64,000 bases of DNA, from NCBI GenBank assembly GCA_964481575.1, contig CAYZTR010000001.1, forward strand, positions 46,724 to 110,723, in the 5' to 3' direction. Positions within the stretch are counted from its first letter, which is position 1. The number at the start of each line of letters is the position of its first letter. Position numbers and translations under genes: made by a program. This DNA is from an uncultured Eubacteriales bacterium. Lineage in GTDB: Bacteria > Bacillota > Clostridia > Oscillospirales > Acutalibacteraceae. This document shows, one piece after another, positions 8,592 to 17,469 of this stretch. Below the pieces are notes generated by a model. The model saw only the letters and a program-made list of their open reading frames with translations, had not been told where the DNA came from and did not search any database.

Positions 8592-9376
8592 AATGTCCAT
8601 ACCTTTCCGCCGCTGGGTGGCGCGGCCTGCAGCAGGAAATCCTGATTTTCTATGTAGCCGGCAGAGAGCAGGGTGGCCCGGGCGCTGGCCAGTGCCAAAT
8701 CGGGGAAATTGTTTTCCCGGCTCAGGTGTCCTAACACGATGCGAGTGGTGCCCGATTCCACCAACTGCGGCAGAAATGCGGCGCAAGAGGCGTTGGAGAG
8801 ATGCCCGTGATCTCCCAGTATGCGGCGTTTCAGTGGATAGGGATAGGGGCCGTTTTCCAGCATCATTACATCATGGTTGGATTCCAGCAGCACCAGATTA
8901 CAGCCCAAAAGGGCTGTCTTTATTTCTTCAGTTAATTCTCCCATGTCGGTGGCGATGCCCATACGGACGCCATCCGGTGCGGTAACAGTGTAGCCGGAGG
9001 AGCCTTCTGCACAGTCGTGGGGGGTATTGAATCGATTGACTTGCAGCCCGGCGACCGAAATAGGTCCATCCCCCAGACAGCAGCAATCCAGATCTTTCAG
9101 TTTGCCGACTGCTTCCAGCGCGTCCATGGTGCCTTCAGAGGCGAAAACCGGCAAATGCAGCTTTTTGGCCACGGCATGCAGCCCGTTAACATGATCTATA
9201 TGCTCATGGGTTACGAAGATGCCTTCAATGCCGGCGGGGTCAATTTGCTTTTCCTCCAACATGGCCAGCAGCGCCTTGGCGCTGACGCCTGCATCAATAA
9301 GAATGCCCCGGCCGGAACACCCCAGATAGGTGGCGTTGCCGGTGCTGCCGCTGAACAGGGCACAAAATTTCGACAT
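8588..9376 (-). CDS. MBL-fold metallo-hydrolase (YycJ/WalJ-like)
   Basis: HxHxDH motif (THEHIDHVNG), a GNATYL..ILIDAG N-terminus and a later HGHLSN. Adjacency to rlmH matches Bacillus walJ..rlmH. The start ATG is at 9376. Confidence 0.85.
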   Translation of the reverse strand: MSKFCALFSGSTGNATYLGCSGRGILIDAGVSAKALLAMLEEKQIDPAGIEGIFVTHEHIDHVNGLHAVAKKLHLPVFASEGTMDALEAVGKLKDLDCCCLGDGPISVAGLQVNRFNTPHDCAEGSSGYTVTAPDGVRMGIATDMGELTEEIKTALLGCNLVLLESNHDVMMLENGPYPYPLKRRILGDHGHLSNASCAAFLPQLVESGTTRIVLGHLSRENNFPDLALASARATLLSAGYIENQDFLLQAAPPSGGKVWTL

Positions 9377-9440
9377 GGTTTTCACTTCTCTTTCCGAAAA
9401 AACGGGCTGCCTCATACACATATGAGACAGCCCGAAATTG

Positions 9441-10727
9441 TTACAGCGCCTTTTTGCGAGCGAGAGGATTGTAATTATCCACCCGTTTGATCTCCGCTCC
9501 CAGGGCAGAGAGCTTTTCCACGATGTTTTCATAGCCCCGGTCAATATAGACCACATCGGATATGGTGGAAGTGCCATCCGCCATCAGGGCGGCGATGACC
9601 AGTGCGGCTCCGGCCCGCAGGTCGGTGGCTCGAACCGGCGCGGCATGCAACTGCGGCATCCCTTCAATAATGGCGACTTTACCATCTACGCTGATTTTGG
9701 CTCCCATCAGGGTCAATTGCTCCACATACCGGAACCGGTTGTCCCAGACACCTTCTGTGACGATGCTGATTCCATCTGCAACCGAGAGCAGCGTGGAAAT
9801 CTGGGGCTGCATATCTGTGGGGAAGCCGGGGTGAGGCAGGGTCTTTACATTGCAACGCTGGGGCCGAACCGGGCCGATTACCCGGACGGCTTCGTCCTCC
9901 TCCTCCACAATGGTGCCGCATTCCCGCAGCTTGGCGGATATGGATTCCAGATGCTTCGGAATGACGTTTTTCACCAGCACATTTCCGCCAGTAGCGGCGG
10001 CTGCCACCATGTAGGTGCCCGCCTCAATCTGGTCGGGAATGATAGAGTAGGTTCCACCGTTGAGATGGGAGACGCCGCGGATCTTGATAACATCCGTCCC
10101 AGCACCCATAATATCTGCGCCCAGGGTGTTCAAAAAGTTTGCCAAATCCACAATGTGGGGTTCCCGAGCTGCATTTTCGATGACGGTCAAGCCTCGGGCT
10201 TTGACGGCGGCCAGCATGATATTGATGGTGGCTCCCACCGAAACCTGATCCAGGTAAATAGGACGGCCCACCAACTGCATTGCGCTGGCATCCACATAGC
10301 CATTGGTAATGGTGACCCTGGCACCCAGCGCCTGAAATCCTTTGATGTGCAGGTCAATAGGGCGCACCCCAAAATCACAGCCACCGGGTGGCGCCACCAT
10401 AGCCTGATGGAAACGGCCAAGCAACGCTCCGATAAAGTAGCTGCTGGCCCGCATGCTGTGGGCCATGTCATTGGTCACCAGATGGGAATGGATCCCTCTG
10501 GGATCAATTTCAATGGTGCTTTTATCCAGACTTTTTACATTTGCGCCCAGATCATATAAAATACGAACAATATCTGCAACATCGGATATGTTGGGAACAT
10601 TTTCAATACGGCAAACGCCGTCCGACAAAGCCACTGCCGGGAGAATGGCGACTGCGGCATTCTTTGCACCGCTGATCTCCACTTCGCCTTGGAGTTTCAC
10701 GCCGCCGGTAATGACAAACTGATCCAA
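9441..10727 (-). CDS. murA: UDP-N-acetylglucosamine 1-carboxyvinyltransferase
   Basis: Motifs ISGAKNAAVAILPA, PGGCDFGVRPIDLH (active-site Cys) and RATDLRAGAALVIAAL. TTG start at 10727. Confidence 0.95.
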   Translation of the reverse strand: MDQFVITGGVKLQGEVEISGAKNAAVAILPAVALSDGVCRIENVPNISDVADIVRILYDLGANVKSLDKSTIEIDPRGIHSHLVTNDMAHSMRASSYFIGALLGRFHQAMVAPPGGCDFGVRPIDLHIKGFQALGARVTITNGYVDASAMQLVGRPIYLDQVSVGATINIMLAAVKARGLTVIENAAREPHIVDLANFLNTLGADIMGAGTDVIKIRGVSHLNGGTYSIIPDQIEAGTYMVAAAATGGNVLVKNVIPKHLESISAKLRECGTIVEEEDEAVRVIGPVRPQRCNVKTLPHPGFPTDMQPQISTLLSVADGISIVTEGVWDNRFRYVEQLTLMGAKISVDGKVAIIEGMPQLHAAPVRATDLRAGAALVIAALMADGTSTISDVVYIDRGYENIVEKLSALGAEIKRVDNYNPLARKKAL

Positions 10728-10744
10728 TCTGTTACACTTCCAAT

Positions 10745-10784
10745 CTCAAAAAAGAGTTGTAACAGCGCAAATGGCGGTTACAAC
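10745..10784 (-). promoter_or_regulatory. Terminator-like hairpin with U-tract inside the murA 5' leader (candidate attenuator)
   Basis: Minus strand reads GTTGTAAC(CGC)CATTT(GCG)CTGTTACAAC followed by TCTTTTTTGAG. It ends about 20 nt before the murA TTG start and lies downstream of the murA promoter. Confidence 0.5.
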
Positions 10785-10866
10785 AGTAGTATCTCTCAAA
10801 TCCGAGCAGATAACCATTTCTGCAAATGGGAATGTTTTTCTATCTGCGAATCATATAACTAGTAAC

Positions 10867-10895
10867 ATTATACATACAAATGATATATTTGTCAA
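10867..10895 (-). promoter_or_regulatory. Sigma-A type promoter of murA
   Basis: Minus strand reads TTGACA-17 nt-TATAAT (consensus at both hexamers). Confidence 0.7.
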
Positions 10896-10942
10896 ATGTT
10901 TCTTCCCTTGTTGCAAAAGATGGTGAAATTTCTGAATTTGCT

Positions 10943-11064
10943 GAAAAATGCGAAACACCACCAGCAAAAGCTGATGGTGTTTCAAGAGGGGTGTTTTGAG
11001 GAGGGTAAAAGTGTTCCATAGGGTGCGGCTCCCTATTCCTCCGGAACACGGGTTAATTATAGCA
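10943..11064 (-). ncRNA. Candidate small structured RNA or leader (promoter-to-terminator unit of about 105 nt); unclassified
   Basis: On the minus strand, an extended -10 (TGcTATAAT, 11056..11064) is followed by a GTGTTCC..GGAACAC stem. That stem encloses an inner ATAGGG-AGCCGCA-CCCTAT hairpin, with a loop GGAGG complementary to a downstream CCTCC. The unit ends in a 14-bp hairpin (GAAACACCATCAGC-TTTT-GCTGGTGGTGTTTC) followed by GCATTTTTC. Confidence 0.3.
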
Positions 11065-11202
11065 TAAAGAATCTGAAAAAGGTGTGGTGATTTTGTGAAT
11101 ATTTTGTGAATTCTAAAAAAGAGGCTGCTTTTTTGGCATATTTTTTTCGGGTCAGCATAAAATCCACTATCCTCGGCAACACTATTGCTGAGGTGAGCGA
11201 CA

Positions 11203-11946
11203 TTGAAACGTAAATTTTATGATGAGGCTGTACAGCAGTCTCCCAAAAAACGCATTGGGTTTTACATGGTGCTATTGGTTTGCCTATTGGCTTTGGGAAT
11301 TGGAGCTTGGAGCACTTTGTCTGGTGACCAGGAGGAGCCGGATTTGGCGCAGGTGTCCGATACGGAGGTTACCCTGCCGGCCACTCAGGCCGGTGAAGTG
11401 GTAGAGAATCAGCCCTGGGATACCCTGCCTCAGGTGACCACCTCTACCGCCGATTCTTCTTCCGAAACCCAGCAGGTTTGGGAAGCGGACGCGCCGGTGG
11501 AGGCCGTGGCAGAGTCGCCTGTAGCCGATTATTTCGTCATGCCGGTGACCGGCAACATTCTCAAATCTTTTAGTTTGACCGAGCTTTCTTATTCGGAGAC
11601 ATACGGCGATTACCGATTCCATCCCGGCATTGACATTGAGGCAGATGCCGGTACCCGGGTTAAGTCCGCCGGAGCCGGTGTGGTGAAAAAGGTATATGCA
11701 GACGCCGATCTGGGAGAAACGGTGGTCATTGACCACGGCAATGGAATTTTGGCCTATTACTGTGGCCTGAATGCAGTTCCCATGGTATCGGAGGGGGATA
11801 CCGTGCTGGCCGGAACAGATCTGGGAGCAGTGGACACCATTCCCAGCGAATGTGCCGATGCCCCCCATCTGCATTTGGCTATGCAGCAGGATGGCCTGTG
11901 GGTCTCGCCCTTGAAGTTAATGAATATGGAAGCCCAATCAGAATAA
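11203..11946 (+). CDS. M23 family metallopeptidase, membrane anchored
   Basis: N-terminal TM helix (IGFYMVLLVCLLALGIGAW). M23 motifs are HPGIDIEA, DHGNG and HLHLAM. TTG start 11203 follows GAGGTGA. Confidence 0.85.
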   Translation: MKRKFYDEAVQQSPKKRIGFYMVLLVCLLALGIGAWSTLSGDQEEPDLAQVSDTEVTLPATQAGEVVENQPWDTLPQVTTSTADSSSETQQVWEADAPVEAVAESPVADYFVMPVTGNILKSFSLTELSYSETYGDYRFHPGIDIEADAGTRVKSAGAGVVKKVYADADLGETVVIDHGNGILAYYCGLNAVPMVSEGDTVLAGTDLGAVDTIPSECADAPHLHLAMQQDGLWVSPLKLMNMEAQSE

Positions 11947-12328
11947 TTATGTGATGAATTCTTGTCCTCGAACCGTTGAAGGACACGAAAAAACCGGGAG
12001 TTTTCTACCGCAAGAAGGCAGGAATCACCGGTTTTTTTGTAATAGAAAAAGCAGGGCAGAAGCTCCCCGCTTCTTTGTTGGGCATTATTCCAAATCCTTC
12101 AACAATTTCAGAGAAATTGGCTGCGCTCCGTTGGAGCTTATTTGCATTATTCTGATATCGGCCAATTTTTTCGCTGGACAGGATGGCTTAAAAAAGGAAG
12201 ATCGTCACATTCGACCCCTTTCGCCATTTTGCAGAAAATTCAAAAATCCCCCCTTTTCATTGGAGTCGGCTTGTGCTATACTATATAAGTATTATTATAG
12301 CTTGATTCAGGGAAAGGAAGTGGATGGA

Positions 12329-14053
12329 GTGACCGCGGCTACGGGATTTTACGGTGTTTATCTGGCAACAATGCGCTGGGTGCTGCCTGTGCTGGCTGTT
12401 TTATTTTGTATTTATTGGTTCAAAACTCTGCGGGCACGTCGGGTCAAAACCACCGTCTACGCCACCCTGGTGGGGGAGGACGGCACCCGTTATCCCATTG
12501 CCTTTCGGGAAACTTCCATCGGGCGCAAGAAAACCTGCGATATTGTGTTGGACGTGCCTACGGTGTCTCGGCGGCAGGCTGTACTTTGTCTGGAAGATAA
12601 CGGCGGTTTTGTCCTGAAGGATATTGGCGAAACCGGTGAAATTAAGGTGGATGGCGCCAAACTGCGGGGAGAGGGTATCGTCCGTATCGGGGAGGAAATC
12701 TCCTTTGGCGGCTACCGCACCAAGTTGGTGAACCCAGTGCAGGGGGATTTGCTGTCTCTGTTGCCTCGTCGGGGTCCCCGGAAGCGGGTGGAGGCCCCTG
12801 GCTTTGGTTTGGTCCTTTTGCTCTTGACCCTGTTTCAGCTATTGATTTGCGGGGAGCTTTGTCTCCGGTATGCCGGGCCGGACTTTTCCCTCTGGGTACC
12901 GGGCGCTTTTTTGGTACTTCTGGCAGGAGAATGGCTTTGCTATGCTGTAACGGCTGCCCGAGGAGGCAGCATGGTGGTGGAAACCATGGCGTTTTTTCTG
13001 ACTACCTTGGGGTTTGCAGTATGCGCTGTGGTGTCTACCTCCAGTTTGTTGAAGGAATTGCTGGCCTCTGTGCTGGGGTTTTGCTTTTTCCTGGCATTGT
13101 CCCTGCTGTTATCCAGAGTGGATCTGGCTATGAAACTGCGCTATCCGGTGGGCATTGGCGCGGTGGCTTTGCTGATTTTGAATCTGGTGCTGGCTACGGT
13201 GAAATTCGGCGCAAAGAACTGGATTAAGATTGGGCCAATTACGGTGCAGCCTTCGGAATTTGTCAAGGTGGCCTTTATTCTGGCCGGTGCAGCCACCCTG
13301 CAGGTGCTCTTGACCCGAAAAAACTTCATTGCCTTTCTTATTCTGTCCGGCAGCTGCTTTGGCTGCTTTGCCCTGATGCGGGATTTCGGTTCGGCTGCTA
13401 TTTTCTTTGTGACCATGATTGTTATGCTCTATATGCAGACGGGGAATTTGTCCTTGATTGGCGGTATTCTGGCAGCGGCTTTTGTGGCGGTGTTGGGAAT
13501 TCTGAAATTTTACCCTTACATAACCCGGCGGTTTGCCGCCTGGGGCCATGTCTGGCAATATGCGGCTGATGCCGGTTTCCAGCAGACCCGAACCATGGTG
13601 GCCATCGGCAGCGGCGGCTTACTGGGGGTCGGCGGCGGTAATGGCTACCTGTATACCGTGGCGGCTGCCGACACGGATCTGGTGCTGGGAATGATTTGGG
13701 AAGAATGGGGCGGCGTAATAGCTCTGTGTGCGTTGTTCGTTTTTGTGTCCATGGCCATTTATGCGATCTGGATGTGCAAAGGTGTACAGTCCACCTATTA
13801 TTCCATTGCCATTTGCGGCGTTATGAGTATGATGCTGTTTCAGGTGGCGCTGAATGTTTTTGGTTCCACGGATATTCTGCCTCTGACCGGTGTGACCATG
13901 CCCTTTGTCTCCAACGGTGGATCCAGCATTATGGGAAGTTGGGGAATGCTTGCTTTTCTGAAAGCGGCGGATCGGCAGATTTCCCATAAGCCGATTCCAA
14001 AGGCTGCTGCCGGGCCGGCGCGTCGCCGCCGAACCTCTGCTGCTTGGCATTGA
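12329..14053 (+). CDS. FHA domain fused to an FtsW/RodA/SpoVE-family (SEDS) peptidoglycan polymerase
   Basis: FHA signature (ETSIGRKKTCDIVLDVPTVSRRQAVL..GFVLKDIGETGEIKVDG), followed by about 9 TM helices with SEDS motifs (QPSEFVKVAFIL, TDLVLGMIWEEWGG, LPLTGVTMPFVSNGGSS). The start is uncertain: GTG 12329 after GGAAAGGAAG was chosen, and ATG 12371 is possible. Track ORF start 11951 crosses a terminator and was rejected. Confidence 0.85.
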   Translation: MTAATGFYGVYLATMRWVLPVLAVLFCIYWFKTLRARRVKTTVYATLVGEDGTRYPIAFRETSIGRKKTCDIVLDVPTVSRRQAVLCLEDNGGFVLKDIGETGEIKVDGAKLRGEGIVRIGEEISFGGYRTKLVNPVQGDLLSLLPRRGPRKRVEAPGFGLVLLLLTLFQLLICGELCLRYAGPDFSLWVPGAFLVLLAGEWLCYAVTAARGGSMVVETMAFFLTTLGFAVCAVVSTSSLLKELLASVLGFCFFLALSLLLSRVDLAMKLRYPVGIGAVALLILNLVLATVKFGAKNWIKIGPITVQPSEFVKVAFILAGAATLQVLLTRKNFIAFLILSGSCFGCFALMRDFGSAAIFFVTMIVMLYMQTGNLSLIGGILAAAFVAVLGILKFYPYITRRFAAWGHVWQYAADAGFQQTRTMVAIGSGGLLGVGGGNGYLYTVAAADTDLVLGMIWEEWGGVIALCALFVFVSMAIYAIWMCKGVQSTYYSIAICGVMSMMLFQVALNVFGSTDILPLTGVTMPFVSNGGSSIMGSWGMLAFLKAADRQISHKPIPKAAAGPARRRRTSAAWH

Positions 14054-14137
14054 CGGCAGACTCCATTGTAAAAGCCTCGCAGAAGCCGCGGCCAGACGCT
14101 GCTTTTGTAAAAAAATCATACGAAAGGAGTGTATCCC

Positions 14138-15496
14138 ATGCGACAGATTGCCAGACGGGCAGTGGCCCTGGTGGTTATGATTGCCCTGTTTCTGATCGGT
14201 GTTTGCTATCTGGGTGGGGAATTTGCAGTGAAGGGAGATCAGTGGGCTACCTATCCCACCAACCGGCATCTTTACACCAATGGAGAGCTGACCAAAGCCG
14301 GCACTGTGTATGATACTAACGGTACTGTGCTGGCCGAAACGGTGGATGGGGTACGTTCTTTCTCCTCCAATATAGATATTCGCCGGGCAACCTTCCATGC
14401 GGTGGGGGATTTGTCCGGGAAGGTGGCCACCGGGCTACACAACGCCTTTTTAAACCAGTTGACCGGGTATGATCCGGTGAACGGAACATACAATACCAGC
14501 GGGGAAGGCAATGATATTACCCTGACCTTGGATGCGGATCTTTGCGTGACGGCTTACAAGGCCCTAGGCTCGTATTCCGGGACCGTGGGTGTTTATAATT
14601 ACAAAACCGGGGAATTGATCTGCATGGTGTCCACCCCCACAGCTGATCCGGAAAATCTGCCGGAGGAGGCTCCGGAAGGTCTCTATGTTAATCGGCTGCT
14701 GAACGGTAGCTATACCCCCGGCTCCACCTTCAAGGTGGTAACGGCGGTAGGCGCACTGACCAATTTCAAGGACGCCGAGACCCGCACCTTTTTGGAATGC
14801 CACAAGGGTGTGGACGTGGAGGGGGAATGGCTATCCTGCTTGGGAAACCATGGCGCCCTGAGTCTGGGAGATGCTCTGGTACATTCCTGCAATGTATATT
14901 TCGGTCAGCTGGCTGTGAGCCTGGGCCGGTCGTCCATGACCTCCACCGCCAACAAGCTGGGCTTCAACCGTACCTGGAAGCTGGATGGCATTACCTGCAC
15001 CTCTAGCTGTTACCAGGTTTCGGAGGCCCGGAATATTGAGCTGGCCTGGTCAGGGATGGGGCAGTATACTGACACCGTTAACCCTTATCACTATCTGATT
15101 CTCATGGGAGCCATTGCCAATGACGGTCGGGCAGTGATGCCCTACCTGGTGAAAAAGGCCAACAATGCTTATGGGTTTCCCACCCGGTTGCATGTCCGGC
15201 GATATGCCCCCCGCATGATGTCCACTCAAGTGGCCCAAACCATGCAAACTATGATGCGCAACGATGTGCTGCAAAATTATGGGGATTCCAACTTTTCCGG
15301 CCTGGAGCTTTGCGGCAAGACGGGAACGGCGGAAATCGGCAAGAATGACTCCCCTCACTCCTGGTTTGTAGGGTTCAGCCAGCGGGAAGATAAGCCTTAC
15401 GCCTTTGTGGTGGTGGCGGAAAATGCCGGCGCCGGGATCAAGGTGGCGGCCAGGATTGCCAATCAGGTGCTGCAAGCGGCGCCAACGGTGAGTTGA
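14138..15496 (+). CDS. Class B penicillin-binding protein (transpeptidase), PbpA-like
   Basis: N-terminal TM helix. Motifs are SxxK (GSTFKV), SxN (HSCN) and KTG (GKTGTAE). ATG 14138 follows AAAGGAG. Confidence 0.9.
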   Translation: MRQIARRAVALVVMIALFLIGVCYLGGEFAVKGDQWATYPTNRHLYTNGELTKAGTVYDTNGTVLAETVDGVRSFSSNIDIRRATFHAVGDLSGKVATGLHNAFLNQLTGYDPVNGTYNTSGEGNDITLTLDADLCVTAYKALGSYSGTVGVYNYKTGELICMVSTPTADPENLPEEAPEGLYVNRLLNGSYTPGSTFKVVTAVGALTNFKDAETRTFLECHKGVDVEGEWLSCLGNHGALSLGDALVHSCNVYFGQLAVSLGRSSMTSTANKLGFNRTWKLDGITCTSSCYQVSEARNIELAWSGMGQYTDTVNPYHYLILMGAIANDGRAVMPYLVKKANNAYGFPTRLHVRRYAPRMMSTQVAQTMQTMMRNDVLQNYGDSNFSGLELCGKTGTAEIGKNDSPHSWFVGFSQREDKPYAFVVVAENAGAGIKVAARIANQVLQAAPTVS

Positions 15497-15497
15497 T

Positions 15498-16355
15498 ATG
15501 GAACAGTTATCGAATATTTCTACGATTCGGGCCTTGTTGGAGGAGGCCGGTTTCTCCTTCAAGAAATCCCTGGGGCAGAATTTTCTGATCAATCCGGCGG
15601 TATGTCCCCGTATGGCCAAGGCGGCCTGCGGGGACGGAAATGTGGGGGCGTTGGAGATTGGCCCCGGCATTGGCGTGCTGACGGTTGAACTGGCCCGCTG
15701 CGCCAGAAAAGTGGTGGCCATTGAGCTGGATGAACGGCTGCGGCCGGTGCTGGAAAAGACCCTGGCCGACTGTGATAATGCCAAGGTGTTTTTTGGGGAC
15801 GCCATGCGGCTAGATCTGGCGGATCTCATAGCCCGGGAATTTTCTGGGATGGATGTGGTTATTTGTGCCAATCTGCCCTATTATATTACCTCCCCTCTGG
15901 TGATGCGGCTGTTGGAAAGCCGGCTGCCGGTGCGCTCCATTACCGTCATGGTGCAGAAGGAAGCGGCTGTGCGGCTCTGTGCGCCGGTGGGCAGTCGGGA
16001 GTCGGGGGCGGTGACGGCAGCGGTGGCTTATTATGCCCGGCCGGAGATTCTGTTTTCTGTTTCCGCCGGCTCCTTTTTGCCGGCACCCAAGGTGGATAGC
16101 GCAGTAATCCGGCTGGAGGTGCGCACCCAGCCGCCGGTGTCAGTGGCCAGTGAACAGAATTTTTTCCGGTTTATCAAGGCTGCCTTTGCTCAGCGGCGCA
16201 AGACGCTGGTGAATTCCGTGTCCTCCGCCGGCGGGGTGGAAAAGGCGGCGGTAGCCGCCGCTCTGGAGGTGCTGGGGCTGTCGCCCACGGTGCGGGCCGA
16301 AACCCTGACTTTGGAGCAGATGGCGGCCCTGTCTGATCTGGTTTACCCGGCTTAA
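15498..16355 (+). CDS. rsmA: 16S rRNA (adenine1518/1519-N6)-dimethyltransferase
   Basis: Motifs KKSLGQNFL, EIGPGIGVLT and ANLPYYITSP. Confidence 0.93.
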   Translation: MEQLSNISTIRALLEEAGFSFKKSLGQNFLINPAVCPRMAKAACGDGNVGALEIGPGIGVLTVELARCARKVVAIELDERLRPVLEKTLADCDNAKVFFGDAMRLDLADLIAREFSGMDVVICANLPYYITSPLVMRLLESRLPVRSITVMVQKEAAVRLCAPVGSRESGAVTAAVAYYARPEILFSVSAGSFLPAPKVDSAVIRLEVRTQPPVSVASEQNFFRFIKAAFAQRRKTLVNSVSSAGGVEKAAVAAALEVLGLSPTVRAETLTLEQMAALSDLVYPA

Positions 16356-16390
16356 CAGTGAAATTGTAATTTTGGAAAGGGAGATGGCCT

Positions 16391-17257
16391 ATGCCTTATA
16401 ATAACCCCTTTGATCGGGAGCAGGTATCCCCTCGGCGCAGATTTCTGTCCAATTTGTCTTTTTGGGCCTCGGTGGTTTTTGTGCTGGCTTTTGTGGTTTG
16501 GATGTTTGTGCGGCTGCCTGCCACGGTTCGTACGGATTTTTCCCATTTGGAACAGCCCCTGTCCTTTCAGGAAACGGAAAATGAATTTGTTGCCTTGGAA
16601 GGCGTGCTGGGGACCTCCAGCCAGGGGTGGGGGCCAGACTTCACGGTCAACTATCCCATTACAGCTGCGCTGCTGTCTATGGACGAATCGGTGTGGCAGG
16701 AAAACACCCCTTATGTGCTGGAAGCCGGGCAGACCATGGCCGTGGCCCTGGCTTATCATGATACAGCAGATCAGTCCATTGTCAAGCTGGATGTGTTGTT
16801 ACTTCCCTATGCCATGCAGCAGTGGGAGGACGGCACCAACGCCCTGACCCTTTCTGCACCTCACCGATACACGGTTACCTATGGCAGCGGCACGGGAGTA
16901 GTGGCGCTGGATCGGTTCCGCACCAGCGATTTCCGGCTGAATTTCTACACGCTGTCCTTTCACTTTGCAGCTGCTTCCGATGTGGAATATACGGTGGATT
17001 TTGCCGGTGTCATCAGCGATAAACAGGCCGAGACCTACGGCCTGTTCCAGGATATTACCGTCACACCGGCCGGGGGTACCGAGACCCTGGAGCGCAGGGA
17101 GGCAGAAAATGCCACCCGGCTGTCAGGCCGGATCTCCGGTGTTGGCACCGATTCGGTCAGTCTGGAGATTGCCTTTGGAGATGAGTGGTACGATAGCTTC
17201 CAGAGTATTTCTCTGTATGCGGCGGATCTGGATCAGGTGACCCTTGGAATCAACTAG
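16391..17257 (+). CDS. Hypothetical membrane-anchored protein
   Basis: 288-aa ORF with a single N-terminal TM helix (FWASVVFVLAFVVWMFV). I recognise no other motif. Coding is supported by length, frame and tight spacing to its neighbours. Confidence 0.6.
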   Translation: MPYNNPFDREQVSPRRRFLSNLSFWASVVFVLAFVVWMFVRLPATVRTDFSHLEQPLSFQETENEFVALEGVLGTSSQGWGPDFTVNYPITAALLSMDESVWQENTPYVLEAGQTMAVALAYHDTADQSIVKLDVLLLPYAMQQWEDGTNALTLSAPHRYTVTYGSGTGVVALDRFRTSDFRLNFYTLSFHFAAASDVEYTVDFAGVISDKQAETYGLFQDITVTPAGGTETLERREAENATRLSGRISGVGTDSVSLEIAFGDEWYDSFQSISLYAADLDQVTLGIN

Positions 17258-17271
17258 CCGGGAGGACGGAT

Positions 17272-17457
17272 ATGGATATTCAGGTGGGAGATAAAATTGT
17301 GCTGAAAAAGCCCCATCCCTGTGGCAGCAATACCTTTTTGGTGCACCGGATCGGGATGGATTTCAAGATTGAATGCACCGGTTGCGGCCATCAGGTTATG
17401 GTACCCCGGGCAAAATGCGAAAAGCGTATCCGGCAGGTGATCCGGGAGAAGGATTAG
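17272..17457 (+). CDS. DUF951 family small protein (YyzM-like)
   Basis: MDIQVGDKIVLKKPHPCGSNTFLVHRIGMDFKIECTGCGHQVMVPR, the DUF951 pattern with CG..C.GCGH. Confidence 0.8.
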   Translation: MDIQVGDKIVLKKPHPCGSNTFLVHRIGMDFKIECTGCGHQVMVPRAKCEKRIRQVIREKD

Positions 17458-17469
17458 AGAGGAGCTACT

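Noticed and set aside
9438-10559. 373-aa ORF on the plus strand
   Set aside because: It is entirely antisense to murA, which has unmistakable motifs. The product is low-complexity and Gly/His/Arg-rich, typical of shadow ORFs in G+C-rich DNA. The same reasoning applies to 6541..7413(-), 13619..14398(-), 15050..15871(-), 21500..22780(-), 24567..25376(-), 36051..36671(-), 43726..44628(-), 46520..47401(-), 48894..50078(-), 52224..52958(-), 54864..55625(-) and 62628..63200(-).
10840-11049. 69-aa minus-strand ORF between murA and the M23 gene
   Set aside because: It has no RBS, it spans a terminator hairpin and the murA promoter, and it is better explained as non-coding leader or sRNA sequence.
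11951-12328. 5' extension of the FHA-RodA ORF
   Set aside because: It crosses the terminator-like hairpins after the M23 peptidase gene and an A+T-rich intergenic stretch. A good RBS precedes GTG 12329.
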